Source: Octopus sinensis (Eukaryota). Taken from it: a stretch of DNA of 64,000 nt. Each line of letters opens with the position of its first letter. Position 1 is the first letter of the stretch. Shown piece after piece: positions 1-12,253 of the stretch. The notes under the pieces were generated by a model. It had not been told where the DNA came from. It saw only the letters and a list, made by a program, of their open reading frames with translations, and did no database searches. The translations under genes were made by a program, and so were the position numbers. The stretch is from NCBI RefSeq assembly GCF_006345805.1, contig NC_043000.1, positions 112,592,001-112,656,000 on the forward strand, written 5' to 3'.

Positions 1-118
1 GCTGAGGTCAACTTTTCTTTTTAATCATTTCGGGGTCGATAAAATAAAGTGCCACTCGGGGTCGATGTACTCACCTGCCCGCTCCGCCAAAATTTCAGAC
101 CTCGCGCTGATAGGAGAA
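1..118 (+). mobile_element. SINE family A (Meta-domain-like), 3' part with type-2 tail
   Basis: Decayed core gaggtcaacttt..ttcggggtcgataaa, then ccaaaatttcagacctcgcgctgataggagaaag; matches other A copies. Confidence 0.7.
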
Positions 119-360
119 AGAAATATACGTTATCTAATTCATCCGACATTAATTTAAGTCTGGAAGGCCGGCGGCGGTGGCGGTGGTGGTGGTGATAGTT
201 GTGTTAGTTGTTCTGTTTGTGTTGTCGTTGCTGATGGTGGTGGTGGTGGTGGTGATGGACGTAGATGTGTTAGGACAGACGTGTACAGGAAGGTGAAAGG
301 CCAGGTTAATGAGACCATTGGAATGTAGAGGTTAGGAAAGAGTATGTGTGTGTGTGTGTC

Positions 361-372
361 AAATAGATAGGA

Positions 373-427
<55 letters not shown>

Positions 428-460
428 CGAGGTAAGGAGAGAGGGTGCGAGAGAGAGAGA
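361..460. repeat. (GA)n microsatellite
   Basis: Direct reading. Confidence 0.95.
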
Positions 461-1552
461 GACAATGTGGAGAGGTGGAAGATTGACTGATCATAGATAC
501 CTTACATAACACCTATAATCATCTGTTGTGTTGCTATCTCGGAAGACGATTCTCCCGGTCGTTAGACACGTACTGGATAGCTCTGACACTAGAGGCACAT
601 CTTGAAACATCTACACACACACACACATATACACAAACATTACTCTCTCTGTCTGTCTCTTCCCCCCTCTCTCTCTCTCTCTACACACACACACATATAT
701 ACACATATATATATATTACTTACATATATAGTTTGAAGAGCTACTAATAGTAAAATCTATGGAGCACTTTTTTGTTGATCTTACCTTAACAGGAGAGAGT
801 AAACTATACCTACATATATACACACACACGTGTGTGTTTGTGTGTATGTATGTATGTATTCACACACGCAGGAATAGATTCCTACATGCGAAACTATTAG
901 CAGCGCTCCCACCGCTATCATCACCATGACTATCAACCACAACAGTTACAGTCGGACATGACATTACGAGTGGAAGTCCAGTAATGAATGAAATCACATG
1001 GATTATTATTCAGTGGTTGTCTGGGGGTGGTGGAACGGGCAGGTGTGATGGTATTGGTGGATGTCAGACAAGCATAGAGACACTTTGACAGACAGACAGA
1101 CTGCTAGGGAGGTAGACGAACAGACGGACAAATAGATAGGGGGCAGAAATGTTTAGCTTGTACAATGCTTCCCTCCAAAAAAGACAAAAAAAAAATCCTC
1201 ACTAAAAACACATCTTGGTTGAATTAAACCGAAAATGGAAACTAGACCGAAACGGGACAAAATTTGGGCTCAGTTCAACACTTCCCCATTTCTCTGCATT
1301 TTAAAAGTATTTTAAAGTTTATTTATAAAGCCTTAAATGATACAAGATTTACTATTGATTGCTCTCAAGTTTGATAAATTTTTTGCTTCAAAAGTTTTTC
1401 TATTACTGTAATCATGCCTCGCCATATCGTGGGTCACCTAGTACATCACGGTTCACCTATCGCGCACTCATTACATCGCGGATTTTTTTGGCTAATACAT
1501 GTCAATTTATATCGCGGACTCCTCAGTATATATAGGTTTCTGCGGCCGATAG

Positions 1553-1712
1553 GTATACTCTTTTACTCTTTTACTTGTTTCAGTCATTTGGCTGCGGCTA
1601 TGCTGGAGCACCGCCTTTAATCAAACAAATCAGCTCCAGGAGTTATTCTTTGTAAACCTAGTACTTATTCTATCGATGGTTTTTTTACGGAACCGCTAAG
1701 TTACGGGGACAA
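1553..1712 (-). mobile_element. SINE family B, 3' tail fragment
   Basis: cttttacttgtttcagtcatttggctgcggctatgctggagcaccgcc..ccgctaagttacggggac, as in full copies at 19780 and 23420. Confidence 0.85.
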
Positions 1713-1821
1713 GACTTTAATTATTTCTGTGGGAGGTTCTGGAACGTAATACCCACGATTTCCAGAATTTCAGTATTTCATGTCTCTCATTTAAACCTTT
1801 GAAGAAAGCGAACCTTTACTG

Positions 1822-2010
1822 CTTCCAAATGTTGGTACAAGGCCAGTAATTTCGGGGAGGGTTAAGACGATTACATCGGCACCAGTGCATAACTGGTACT
1901 TATTTTACCGACCTCAGAAGAATGAAAAACAAAATGGACCTCGGTGGAATTTGAACTCAGGACGTAACGATGGACGAAATGTCGCTAAGTATTTTGCACG
2001 GCGTGCTAAC
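1822..2010 (-). mobile_element. SINE family A, type-3 tail
   Basis: gacctcggtggaatttgaactcagg..ggcgtgctaac; similar to other A copies. Confidence 0.85.
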
Positions 2011-2056
2011 CGAAACTGTTTTAATTTTTTCTTCTAAAATATCAAAGCTTTGATAG

Positions 2057-2260
2057 TTTAACTCATTCGTGCCGAAACTTTTCTTGTGAATGAAATTGCC
2101 TGAAAATTCACAAATACAATTATTTTAACCTAAATAACAACTGCATGTTTCATTCTTTGATACAGATCATATACAAATCATAATTTGCATCAAGTATTTG
2201 TTTTATACCCTTATAAATTATTGGTCAGATTAAACGGACGATTGGCATGAATGATTTAAA
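2057..2260. mobile_element. TTAA-bounded MITE (piggyBac-like ends)
   Basis: Left tttaactcattcgtgccga (2057-2075) vs reverse complement of right 2242-2260, tttaaatcattcatgccaa: 16/19 match, TTAA at both ends. Confidence 0.6.
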
Positions 2261-2798
2261 GACGAATTTAGGCCTTACTCTTATTCAAATGTCACCATTT
2301 TACCACATAAAATTTTGTTTCTACTACGCTAATTTTGACGAGGTTCACATAAGTAGATGCCACTCATTGAGATCTCTTAAGTGTAATTAAAACAAAAACC
2401 ACAAAGAAATCAAGGAACTCTACTGCTTAGAAGTGGCATCTGTGAGTTATTCTCACATTTTTGTTTCCTAAGTAGCAAATCTGACGCAGTTTTCAATTTT
2501 AATTTCTTTCATTTAGATCTTTTAAAAAAGCTTAACTGCACTAACAGAAACCTCTGTTACCTTCAAAATAACAGATGTTTCTATGCGTGGCTCTCCTATC
2601 TTTAAACGTGTATTTTATCATGGTTTTCTTTTTATCCAACTAATTTTCTATTATAATATTTGGAAATATATCGGAGTATTGGTCGTCTTCAACGAACTTT
2701 ACTGCATTTAATTTGGCCAAGAATTAGATTAGCTGGAAGGCGGAGAAATGATTGACCTTAACAGTTTTATTCATACACTATTGTGGGTGAATGACAGA

Positions 2799-2964
2799 CA
2801 GGGCCGGCTCGAGGTACCGGCAACTCTGGCAGTTTCCCGGGGTGCCGTGTGCTAGGGGGCGCCAAGGAGAGCGTGACAACGACAATGAAACTCCCACGAC
2901 CGTCAGCTTGTACGCACCGAAGTTCAGCTTGCCTGGGGCACCAGCGACTTTAGGGCCGGCCCTA
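2799..2964. mobile_element. hAT-type MITE
   Basis: Ends cagggccggctc / gggccggcccta; flanking 8-mers atgacaga (2791-2798) and atggtaga (2965-2972) match 6/8, as expected for an aged 8-bp TSD. Confidence 0.7.
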
Positions 2965-3119
2965 ATGGTAGAAGGTAATCTGGAGTTCGGTGGAAGTCCC
3001 TAGCGAAGTGCTAGATTAGAGGCCTCTATCAAACTGACAAATACTAGTCCCTACTCTTTATTAAAGAGTACATAAAATAGAGTTTCCTCCCTCTCAATCT
3101 CCGGACCCTACTGCCGTGA

Positions 3120-3345
3120 GCCCTAGGACTCCCAGCCCCGGTTACCTGGTTTCCATGGCCTATAAGTTCAGGGAGGCTATTCCGTCGCAGGGGTGTTACC
3201 TATTTACGGCTGAGTGGACTGAGCCAACGTGAAATGAAGGATCTTACTCAAGAACGCAACCCACCACTCGGTCCACGAATCGAAACCACGATCGTGTGAT
3301 CGAGAGCGCAATACCCCTAACCACTCGGCAAGGCCACGCACCGTC
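3120..3345 (-). mobile_element. SINE family C, decayed
   Basis: Reverse tRNA-like head (gaatcgaaacc..ccctaaccact) plus gctgagtggactg core. Confidence 0.75.
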
Positions 3346-3922
3346 CACTCCAAAACTTCAATTTGCCTCAATTACAGTTCTTCTCTGCCATGAAGTTGGA
3401 CAAGTTTAAAGCATTTGAAACCAACTTAGATTTTATTAATCATCACAATTCTATCTCCACTCCACTTTTCAATTCCTCACAGCAACCTCCCTCCACACCC
3501 TCCACTTCTATGAGAAACTCACAACACCCTCCTCACAACACCCTCCTCACAACATCCTTCACACCCTCCACTTCTCTGAGAAACTCTGCCCTTGTCTGTT
3601 CTTTCTCACCAAACGCCCATTTCCTGTATATGACGATGTAGTTGTTCAAGCCCTTGACCAGCAGCCTGATGATCAAAGGCGTTCCTACAATGGCATTCCT
3701 GCCTTCCTTTTTCTTTCCCTGTGCAGAAAAACAAGAGCCATTTTATCGAACGTGTCCTTTTTGAAGACGCATAAGTGTGTTATGAGTGGCATTAAGCTAC
3801 TGTTTCTAGCAAGTCGTGCAATCACAGAGACGTAGAGCCTCCCTCATTGTCTCATGATTTTGTGAAGGTACTTGTCATGTCTTGTCTTGTCTTGAGACAG
3901 CATTTACCCGGGGTGGGTTGAG

Positions 3923-4080
3923 CTGGCGAAATGGTTAGGGCATTCGGCCCTAACCTGGCGAAATGGTTAGGGTATTCGGCCCTAACCTGGCGAAATGGTT
4001 AGGGCATTCGGCTCTAACTTGGCGAAATGGTTAGGGCATTCGGCCCTAACCTGGCAAAATGGTTAGGGCATTCGGCTCAC
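3923..4080 (+). repeat. 32-bp tandem array of a SINE A-box/hairpin unit (4 full units plus a fifth running into the SINE)
   Basis: Unit ctggcgaaatggttagggcattcggccctaac starts at 3923, 3955, 3987, 4019 and 4051. Confidence 0.95.
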
Positions 4081-4366
4081 AGCCGTAAGGTCCTGAGTTC
4101 GATTCCCGACGATACGTTACGTCCTTAAGCAAGACACTTTATTTCTCCTTGTTCCAGTCCAATCTGCTGGCAACAATGAGTTGTGCCTGTATTTCAAAGA
4201 CACCACCCTTGTCACATTCTGTGTCACACTGACTCTCCCTGAGAACTACATTAAGGCTACGCATGTTTGTGGAGTATTCAGCCACTCACACATTAATTTC
4301 ACGAGCAGTCTGTTCTGTTGATCGAATCACTCGGAACACTCATCGTCGCAGCCGACGGAGGGCCAT
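4051..4366 (+). mobile_element. SINE family C with Ceph-type tail
   Basis: B box gttcgattccc, core ccttaagcaagacacttt, tail cctgtatttcaaag..gagaactacattaagg..ccgacggag. Confidence 0.85.
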
Positions 4367-5177
4367 TTATATGGCGTTGTGGGGTTTTTATGAGTTGCTC
4401 TGTGGCCTTCTTAACCCGGTGTTTCGCTGTTCAGATTGGTTACAGCTGTGATTCTACCTCGTCAGCTTAATTACATAACGGAACGACTCAAAGAGAAGCT
4501 TTCAGCCAACTTAAGTTTTATGGCTTTTAAAATGTCGTTACTTTCTCACGTGGTGGTGGTGGTGGTAGTAGTGACGGTGAGAGATGTGACGACTGCGCCA
4601 GTTACTATGGTGGTGGTGGTGGTGGTGATAGCGGTGAGAGCTGTGAAGATTGTATCTGTTGATATGGTGGTGACGGCGGCGTTGGTGGCGGTTGTAGCTG
4701 TTGGCATGGTGGCGGCGGCAGTGACAGTTATGAAGGCTGTGTTGGTATGAGGTGGGAGAGGGTGGCGGTAGGAGTTATGAAACCCTGCAACTGTTGGTGT
4801 TACTTGGAGTGTGGTGGTGGGAGAATAACAGCTGTGAAGGCTGCAGTTTAGCTCTAGGTTACGCATACCAGGTCCAGCAAGAACACCAAAGGCGTGCCGG
4901 CCGTGACCCTCTTGAATATTTTTGGTTTGTCAAGAACTACGTTGTCAAATATATCCCTCAGTAAGATAGTAGAGTGGGTATAATTTGACGGAGATGTAGC
5001 TGCTATTTCTAGCTCTTTGAGAGACCATGAAGAGGTTCCCTCGTTAGCTCGAAGTTCATGGTGATAATGACGTCAGTGAGAAGGATGTAGCGATGGTTGT
5101 TATTGTTTTTGTTGTTGCAGTGATGGTGGTGGTGGTGGTGCTTGCTGTCGAAGGCATGGTGTTGGCGGTGGCATTAT

Positions 5178-5590
5178 ATTCTTTACTACCCACAAGGGGC
5201 TAGACACAGAGGGGACAAACAAGGACAGACAAACGGATTAAGCCGATTATATCGACCCCGGTGCGTAACTGGTATTTAATTTATCGACCCCGAAAGGATG
5301 AAAGGCAAAGTCGACCTCGGCAGAATTTGAACTCAGAACGTAACGACAGACGAAATACCTATTTCTTTACTACACACAAGGGGTTAAACACAGAGAGGAC
5401 AAACAAGGACAGACAAACGGATTAAGCCGATTATATCGACCCCAGTGCGTAACTGGTACTTAATTTATCGACCCCGAAAGGATGAAAGGCAAAGTCGACC
5501 TCGGCGAAATTTGAACTCAGAACGCAGCGGCGGACGAAATACTGCAAAGTATTTCGCCCGTCGTGCCTACGATTCTACCCGCTTGCCGCC
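5178..5590 (-). mobile_element. SINE family A dimer (body duplicated)
   Basis: Two ~180-bp bodies joined at cagacgaaatacc|tatttctttac (~5359), one head. Confidence 0.95.
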
Positions 5591-6374
5591 TTTTTATCGG
5601 TGGCATTAATATTCGTAGTGGTGATGTGAAAGTGTAGTTGTTATTGGTGGTAGTGGTGGTGGTGGTGGCCATAGGTGCGGAAGTGCAGTTGGTATTGTTG
5701 TTGATGTAGGTGGCAGTGGTGGTTGCTGTCAAAGTGTGGCTGTTGGTGGTGGTGGTGGTGGTGGCAGTGATGGTGTGGGAAACCGTGCAATGTCACACAC
5801 ACACACACAAAAAAAGAACTCCTGTAAGTCCACTCTTGTTCTCAAAACAACAACAACAACAACAACAATATAACTCTGCACTTCATTATCAAATGCGGTT
5901 AATATTGTAGACTTACAAAGTGAAAATAAATAAATAAATAAATAAATAAACAAGTCTTTAATATGGCGGTGGCAAGACAAATTTACGTTTGAACTAACTA
6001 ACCCAGTCTTTTTAATAGTACCACCATAAAAAACTTCAAGCTATTATTATTGTGTTTAATTATTCATGATGTAAAAAATACACCTAGAATTTCCTTTCTT
6101 CAATCAAAAAAGAATTAAGGTGTATCTCAAAGAAATAAAATATATACACGATGCATCACTGTTCAAGGTTAACAAAAGGTTCGTGAAATTTTTTTTATAC
6201 ATTTCCCTTTGTCAGAGGAAGAGCCGCTCCCCGAAACGTCTGTGTCTTATGACATACGAAGGGTAACCTGTCACGAAGTTGGCCTCGTAACTTTTGCTGA
6301 CATCGATCAATCAACATCAGTTTGTGGTGGGAACTGTGTTTATCTATTTTGTGTTAGGAAGATCGCGTTGGTGC

Positions 6375-6571
6375 AGGAATGGCCGTGTGTTTAAGAACAT
6401 TCGCATTGCAAGTATGTCTTTTCGATTTCGATCCCGCTGCGCGGCAACTTGGGCAAGTGCCTTTTACTAACACCTCGACCGATCTATTCGTTGTGATTGA
6501 ATTTGGTTGACGATATGTGTGTGTGGTAGTCCGTCGTGTGTGTGTATGTGTGTGTTGTGAATGTGTGTGTG

Positions 6572-6613
<42 letters not shown>

Positions 6614-6815
6614 CACAAACTCACATATACATATATACATACGTACACATACGCGCACACACACGCACATATATATATATGTGTATATATGTATGTATAT
6701 ATATGTGTGTGTGTGTGTATGTATGTATACGTGTCTGCGTGTGTATTTGTGATTGCATTTGTTTTCACCTGAAGGCTTGGTAACCGGTGTTGTTTTCTTT
6801 ATGTTCCTCTAACTG
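6375..6815 (+). mobile_element. SINE family B, decayed, with internal TG/TA microsatellite
   Basis: Head, CORE-like caacttgggcaagtg, microsatellite, then ggtaaccggtgttg tail start. Confidence 0.7.
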
Positions 6816-6942
6816 AGCTATGTAATTGCAGCAACGTAAAATGAAGTACCTTGCTCAAGGACACAACACGTAGACTGGCCTAGGAATCGAACCCACGACT
6901 TTGTGATCGTAAGCTTAACACCCTAACCACCAGGCCAGTGCT
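6815..6942 (-). mobile_element. SINE family C head and core
   Basis: ttgctcaaggacacaac..ggaatcgaaccc..ccctaaccacc. Confidence 0.8.
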
Positions 6943-7036
6943 ATTTTCTATTTGTTGTGCTTATGTCTAAGTGCCAGGGTACCCTTATGCAATATATGTG
7001 TGCAGTACCTTGTAATGCATTCTACTTAATATGTGT

Positions 7037-7342
7037 GAAGGCGCGTGGCTTAGTGGTTCGGGCATTCGGCTCACGATCGTAAAATCGTGAGTTCGATTCC
7101 CGGCAAAACGTTGTGTCGTTATTTCACGTTGCTCCAGTCCACTAAGCTGGCAAAAATGAGTAGCACCTGTATTTCAAAGGGTCGGCTTGTCACACTCTGT
7201 CACGCTGAATCTCCCTGAGAACTACGTTAAGGGTACACGTGTCTGTGGAGTACTCAGCCACTTGCACGTTAATTTCACGAGTAAGCTGGTCTGTTGATCG
7301 TATCAGCTGGGACCCTCTTCATCCTAACCGACGGAGTGCTCC
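7037..7342 (+). mobile_element. SINE family C with Ceph-type tail
   Basis: A box tggcttagtgg, B box gttcgattcc, tail ending taaccgacggagtgc. Confidence 0.9.
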
Positions 7343-7349
7343 TAGAAAG

Positions 7350-7706
7350 TGGAGGCGCAATGGCTCAGTGGTTAGGGCAGCGGACGCACGGTTTCGATTC
7401 CCAGACTGGTCGTTGTGAGTGTTTATTGAGTGAAAACACCTAAAATTCCACGAGGCTCCGGTAGGGGGCTGCTGTACTCTTTCACCACAACTTTCTCTCA
7501 CTCTATCTTCCTGTTTCTGTTGTACCTGCATTTCAAAGGGTCCAGCCTTATCACATTCTGTGTGTCATGCTGAATCTCCCCGAGAACTACGTTATGAGTA
7601 CACGTGTCTGTGGAGTGCTCAGCCACTTGCACGATAATTTCACGAGCAGTCTCTTCCGTTGATTGGACCAACTGGAACCCTCGTCGTCGTAACCGACGGA
7701 GTGCCA
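7350..7706 (+). mobile_element. Ceph-type SINE
   Basis: Head ggaggcgcaatggctcagtgg, body gttgtgagtgtttattgagtgaaaacacctaaa (recalled Ceph-SINE-like), same tail as the adjacent C copy. Confidence 0.8.
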
Positions 7707-7791
7707 CAATGACGACTTAATATATAATCCTAGTCATATTTGTGTGCTGTATTTCTTTCTACCAATTCCAAGACGGTACCTATTATTTTAG

Positions 7792-8024
7792 GTAAGGCGG
7801 CCAGCTGGCAGAAACATTAGCACGCTGGGCAAAATCGTAGCCGTATTTCGTCTGCCGTTACGTTCTGAGTTCAAATTTCGCCGAGGTCGACTTTGCCTTT
7901 CATCCTTTCGCGGTCGATAAATTAATACCAGTTACGCACTGGGGTCGATGTAATCGACTTAATCCGTTTGTCTGTCCTTGTTTGTCCCCTCTATGTTTAG
8001 CCCCTTGTGGGTACTAAAGAAATA
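7792..8024 (+). mobile_element. SINE family A, full-length monomer with perfect TSD
   Basis: ggtacctattattttag repeated at 7775-7791 and 8025-8041. Confidence 0.95.
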
Positions 8025-8390
8025 GGTACCTATTATTTTAGAAATTCTGGCTCCAGTTCCCACAATTTCTCCATACTTCTCACGTTAAAAATGATATGTC
8101 GACTAAGAGACCTTCATTCCATTCCAACCTTTATATAATCCTGTGTGAGATAAATCTCCTACTGGATAGGCTGCTAGTCCACCGCAGCTAGCCTTTCTTC
8201 GTGAGAACTATGACACTCTGACAATACTTGTCCATAGCATTCTTGTTAATTCCACACTGCTGCCACTGTTTACAGCGGTGTCTCGTATAACTTCATCGTT
8301 ATTTAACCCTTGGTCAGTCCGGATCCACCACGTCTACAACTAATGGCTTTCCTGCCGTGACTATCCCGTTTATATTCCGACAATATAATT

Positions 8391-8793
8391 CCTATTTCTT
8401 TATTACCCACAAGGGGCTAAACACAGAGGCGACAAACAAGGATAGACATAGGTATTAAGTCGATTACATCGACCCCAGTGCGTAAATGGTACTTAATTTA
8501 TCGACTCCGAAGGATGAAAGGCAAAGTCGACCTCGGCGGAATTTGACTCACAACGTAACGCAGACGAATACCTATTTCTTTATTACCCACAAGGGGCTAA
8601 ACACAGAGGGGACAAACAAGACAGACATAGGTATTAAGTCGATTACATAGACCCCAGTGCGTAACTGGTACTTAATTTATCGACCCCGAAAGATGAAAGG
8701 CAAAGTCGACCTCGGCGGAATTGGAACTCACAACGTAACGCAGACGAAATACCGCTAAGCATTTCGCCCGGCGTGCTAACGTTTCTGCCAGCT
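8391..8793 (-). mobile_element. SINE family A dimer
   Basis: Two bodies, junction at ~8572, one head. Confidence 0.95.
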
Positions 8794-8944
8794 GTGACCT
8801 TCCATTTTCCCTTAAGATTGTGGGAGTGTTTTGAGAGAGAATTGGCCGATATATTTATACATACCTGTGTGAACACATGGTGTGGGTTTAATTATATAGT
8901 CACGGGAAAACAAGTTTGAAAGAGCAAAAGTACTTCTATACACT

Positions 8945-8950
<6 letters not shown>

Positions 8951-8985
<35 letters not shown>

Positions 8986-9487
8986 GCATACAGGCATACA
9001 TATAGATACACACACACACGTATACGTATATATGCATACATCACATAAGTATAAATATATATCTACACACACACATACAAACATACAGGCATACATACAG
9101 ACACACACACCACACACACACACACCACACACACACACACACACACGCGTATACGTATATATGCATACATACATAAGTATAAATATATATCTATACACAC
9201 ACACATACATTCAAACATACAGGCATACATACGGACACACACACCACACACACCACTCACACACACACACACACACGCACGTATACGTATATATGCATAC
9301 ATACATAAGTATAAATATATATCTATACACACACACATACAAACATACAGGCATACATACAGCCACACACACACACACACGCACGCACACACACGCACGC
9401 ACGCACACACACACACACGCGCGCGTAAACGTATATATGCATACATACATAAGTATAAATATATATCTATACACACACACACATACA

Positions 9488-9554
<67 letters not shown>

Positions 9555-9560
9555 CATACA
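8951..9560. repeat. Compound CA/TA/CATA microsatellite with higher-order unit
   Basis: tatatatgcatacatacataagtataaatatatatctatacac recurs four times, about 130-145 bp apart. Confidence 0.85.
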
Positions 9561-9671
9561 ATTCAGAGAAGAGTATGCAGTCACGTCATTTGTTAGAAAT
9601 AGCAACCGATTACCCACAATTCACACCTTGTCTTTAATAAAGGAAAGCCACATCGGATAATGTGTGTGTGT

Positions 9672-9702
<31 letters not shown>

Positions 9703-9905
9703 GTATGTGTGTACGTGTGCTTGTGTGTGCATCCGCGTCCGTGTGCATGTGTTTGTATGTGTGTGCGTGTGTATGTATGCATGTCCGTAATACTCCCGCC
9801 ACCCACCCGTCTTCAATATATATTTCACAGGACAAAGTTAAACGGGTTTCTAAAAGTTTGCCTACAAGTCATTAGGAAGTCAACAACATAATGCTGCTGC
9901 TGCTG

Positions 9906-9942
<37 letters not shown>

Positions 9943-9952
9943 ACTACTACTA

Positions 9953-9985
<33 letters not shown>

Positions 9986-10160
9986 TTGTTTTTGCTGTAA
10001 AACTGTTTAATGACGACAAACTGAGGTGTGTCTGACATGTGTTCGAATGTCTTACATCTCTCGTACAAATCGTGCATATTTAGTAATTGCATCGACCCGT
10101 CTTATTGATGCCGTTTGTCATGGTGCGGTGTTGGTGGCGAAATATAATCTTGTAGCACAA

Positions 10161-10955
10161 GGCGGATAGCTGGCAGAGACGTTAGCACGCCGGGCGAAAT
10201 GCTTAGCGGTATTTCGTCCTCTGCGTTCTGTGTTCAAATTCCGCCGGGGTCGACTTTGCCTTTCATCCTTTCGGGATCGATAAATTAAGTACCAGTTACG
10301 CACTGGGGTCGATGTAATCGACTTAATCCGTTTGTCTGTCCTTGTTTGTCTCCTCTGTGTTTAGCCCCTTCTGGGTAGTAAAGGAATAGGGATTTCGTCT
10401 GCCGTTACGTTCTGAGTTCAATTTCCGCCGAGGTCGACTTTGCCTTTCATCCTTTTGGGATCGATAAATTAAGTACCAGTTACGCACTGGGGTCGATGTA
10501 ATCGACTTAATCCGTTCGTCTGTCCTTGTTTGTCTCCTCTGTGTTTAGCCCCTTCTGGGTAGTAAAGGAATAGGGATTTCGTCTGCCGTTACGTTCTGAG
10601 TTCAATTTCCGCCGAGGTCGACTTTACCTTTCATCCTCTCGGGATCGATAAATTAAGTACCAGTTACGCACTGGGGTCGATGTAATCGACTTAATCCGTT
10701 TGTCTGTCCATGTTTGCCCCCTCTGTGTTTAGCATCTTGTGGGCAATTAAGAAATAAGAAACGTTAGCACGCCGGGCAAAATGCTTATCTGTATTTCGTC
10801 TGTCTTTACGTTCTGAGTTCAAATTCCTCCGAGGTCAACTTTGCTTTTCATCCTTTCGGGGTCTATAAATTAAGTACCAGAAGCGTACTAGGGTCGATCT
10901 AATCGACTCGCCCCTCCCCCCAAATTTCGGGCCTTGTGCCTAGAGCAAAAAAGAA
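10161..10955 (+). mobile_element. SINE family A array (three bodies plus an abutting copy with type-2 tail)
   Basis: Junctions ggaatagg|gatttcgtc at ~10389 and ~10572; a different junction aagaaata|agaaacgttagc at ~10757. Confidence 0.95.
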
Positions 10956-11104
10956 CATAGTCTTGCAACAAAGTATGGTTGTATTTTGCGAGTGGCGTGG
11001 CTAGAATGTGTGCCGCTCGGGTCAACCCTTGAGGTTTCCACCCTCGCTCTCACACAGATTTATATTGGATAGGATAAATGATAAAGTACCTTCCCCAGTC
11101 ATAT

Positions 11105-11332
11105 AGACTCCTAGGGCCGGTTTCCTGGTTTCCGTGGCCAATATATTCCCTCACCTGGACGGGACGCCGGTCCGTCGCAGGAATTCTCATTTTGTTCCAA
11201 CTGAGTGGACTGCAGCAATGTGAAGTGAAGTGTTTTGCTCAAGAACATAATGCATAACTCGGTCCAGGAATCGGGACCAGAATCTTACGACCATGAGTCC
11301 AACAGCCTAACCACTAAGCCACACGCCTCCAC
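11105..11332 (-). mobile_element. SINE family C (ctggacgggacgcc tail type)
   Basis: Similar to 56085-56318. Confidence 0.85.
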
Positions 11333-11985
11333 CACATGCTTATATGGCAAACCCAAAAGCGCCGCCTGGTGGTGGATCCCCCTCCCGTTTACACTACCGC
11401 GCTTCGCGACCACAACTTGTAAACAAGCTTCCTACTTCACGAAGTAGACTTCTGAATGAAATTCCATTCCTTTGTCGACTTTGGATTGAATTTCACACCA
11501 GCTTCGTGTGGACATTGTGAAAATTTATCTATGTTTTTATTTATTTATATATTTATTTATTAATTTGTTTGTTTATTTGGCTGCCGGCGATGCGATCCAG
11601 GCATTGTTCTCTCACATATCACATGTCGAAAGACGTTTTGACTTAGATCGTACACGCAATGCTGTTGCGGATATATCAAAGAGTGGCTCTTGTTTAAATC
11701 AACAACGGTCATCTCTTCTTCTTTTATACGTTTTATCAAAAAGTGTTGAATGTTGCTGGCCGTGATTCAGGAAGAGATCAGTTAGACACAATAAAATATC
11801 ATTAAATATTCTTGAAACGTGGCTATTTTCGGTGAAATGCGAGGATGGTGAAGCTGGACAATACTGTATCATATGAGAGAGAGCTTACAAGCCTAATATA
11901 CACACTTGTAAACCACATACGCATTCAGGTAGACACACATACTCATGCATTTACTCATACGTTGACACAAATATATACACACAAG

Positions 11986-12158
11986 CGCAGGCGTGACTGT
12001 CTGGTAAGAAGCTTGCTTCCCAAATGACATGGTTCCGAGTTCAGTCTCACTGTGTGGCACCTTGGGCAAGTGTCTTCTACTATAGCCTCGGGCCGACCAA
12101 GGCCTTGTGAATAGGTTTGGTAGACGGAAACTGAAAGAAGCCCGTCGTGTGTATATAT

Positions 12159-12253
<95 letters not shown>

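Noticed and set aside
3923-4080. CRISPR-like array (32-bp palindromic repeats)
   Set aside because: Units abut with no spacers, derive from a SINE head, and there are no cas genes; the DNA is eukaryotic.
7037-7110. tRNA genes at SINE heads (also 45849, 57397, 63316)
   Set aside because: A and B boxes are present but acceptor and anticodon stems do not close, and each runs into a SINE body.
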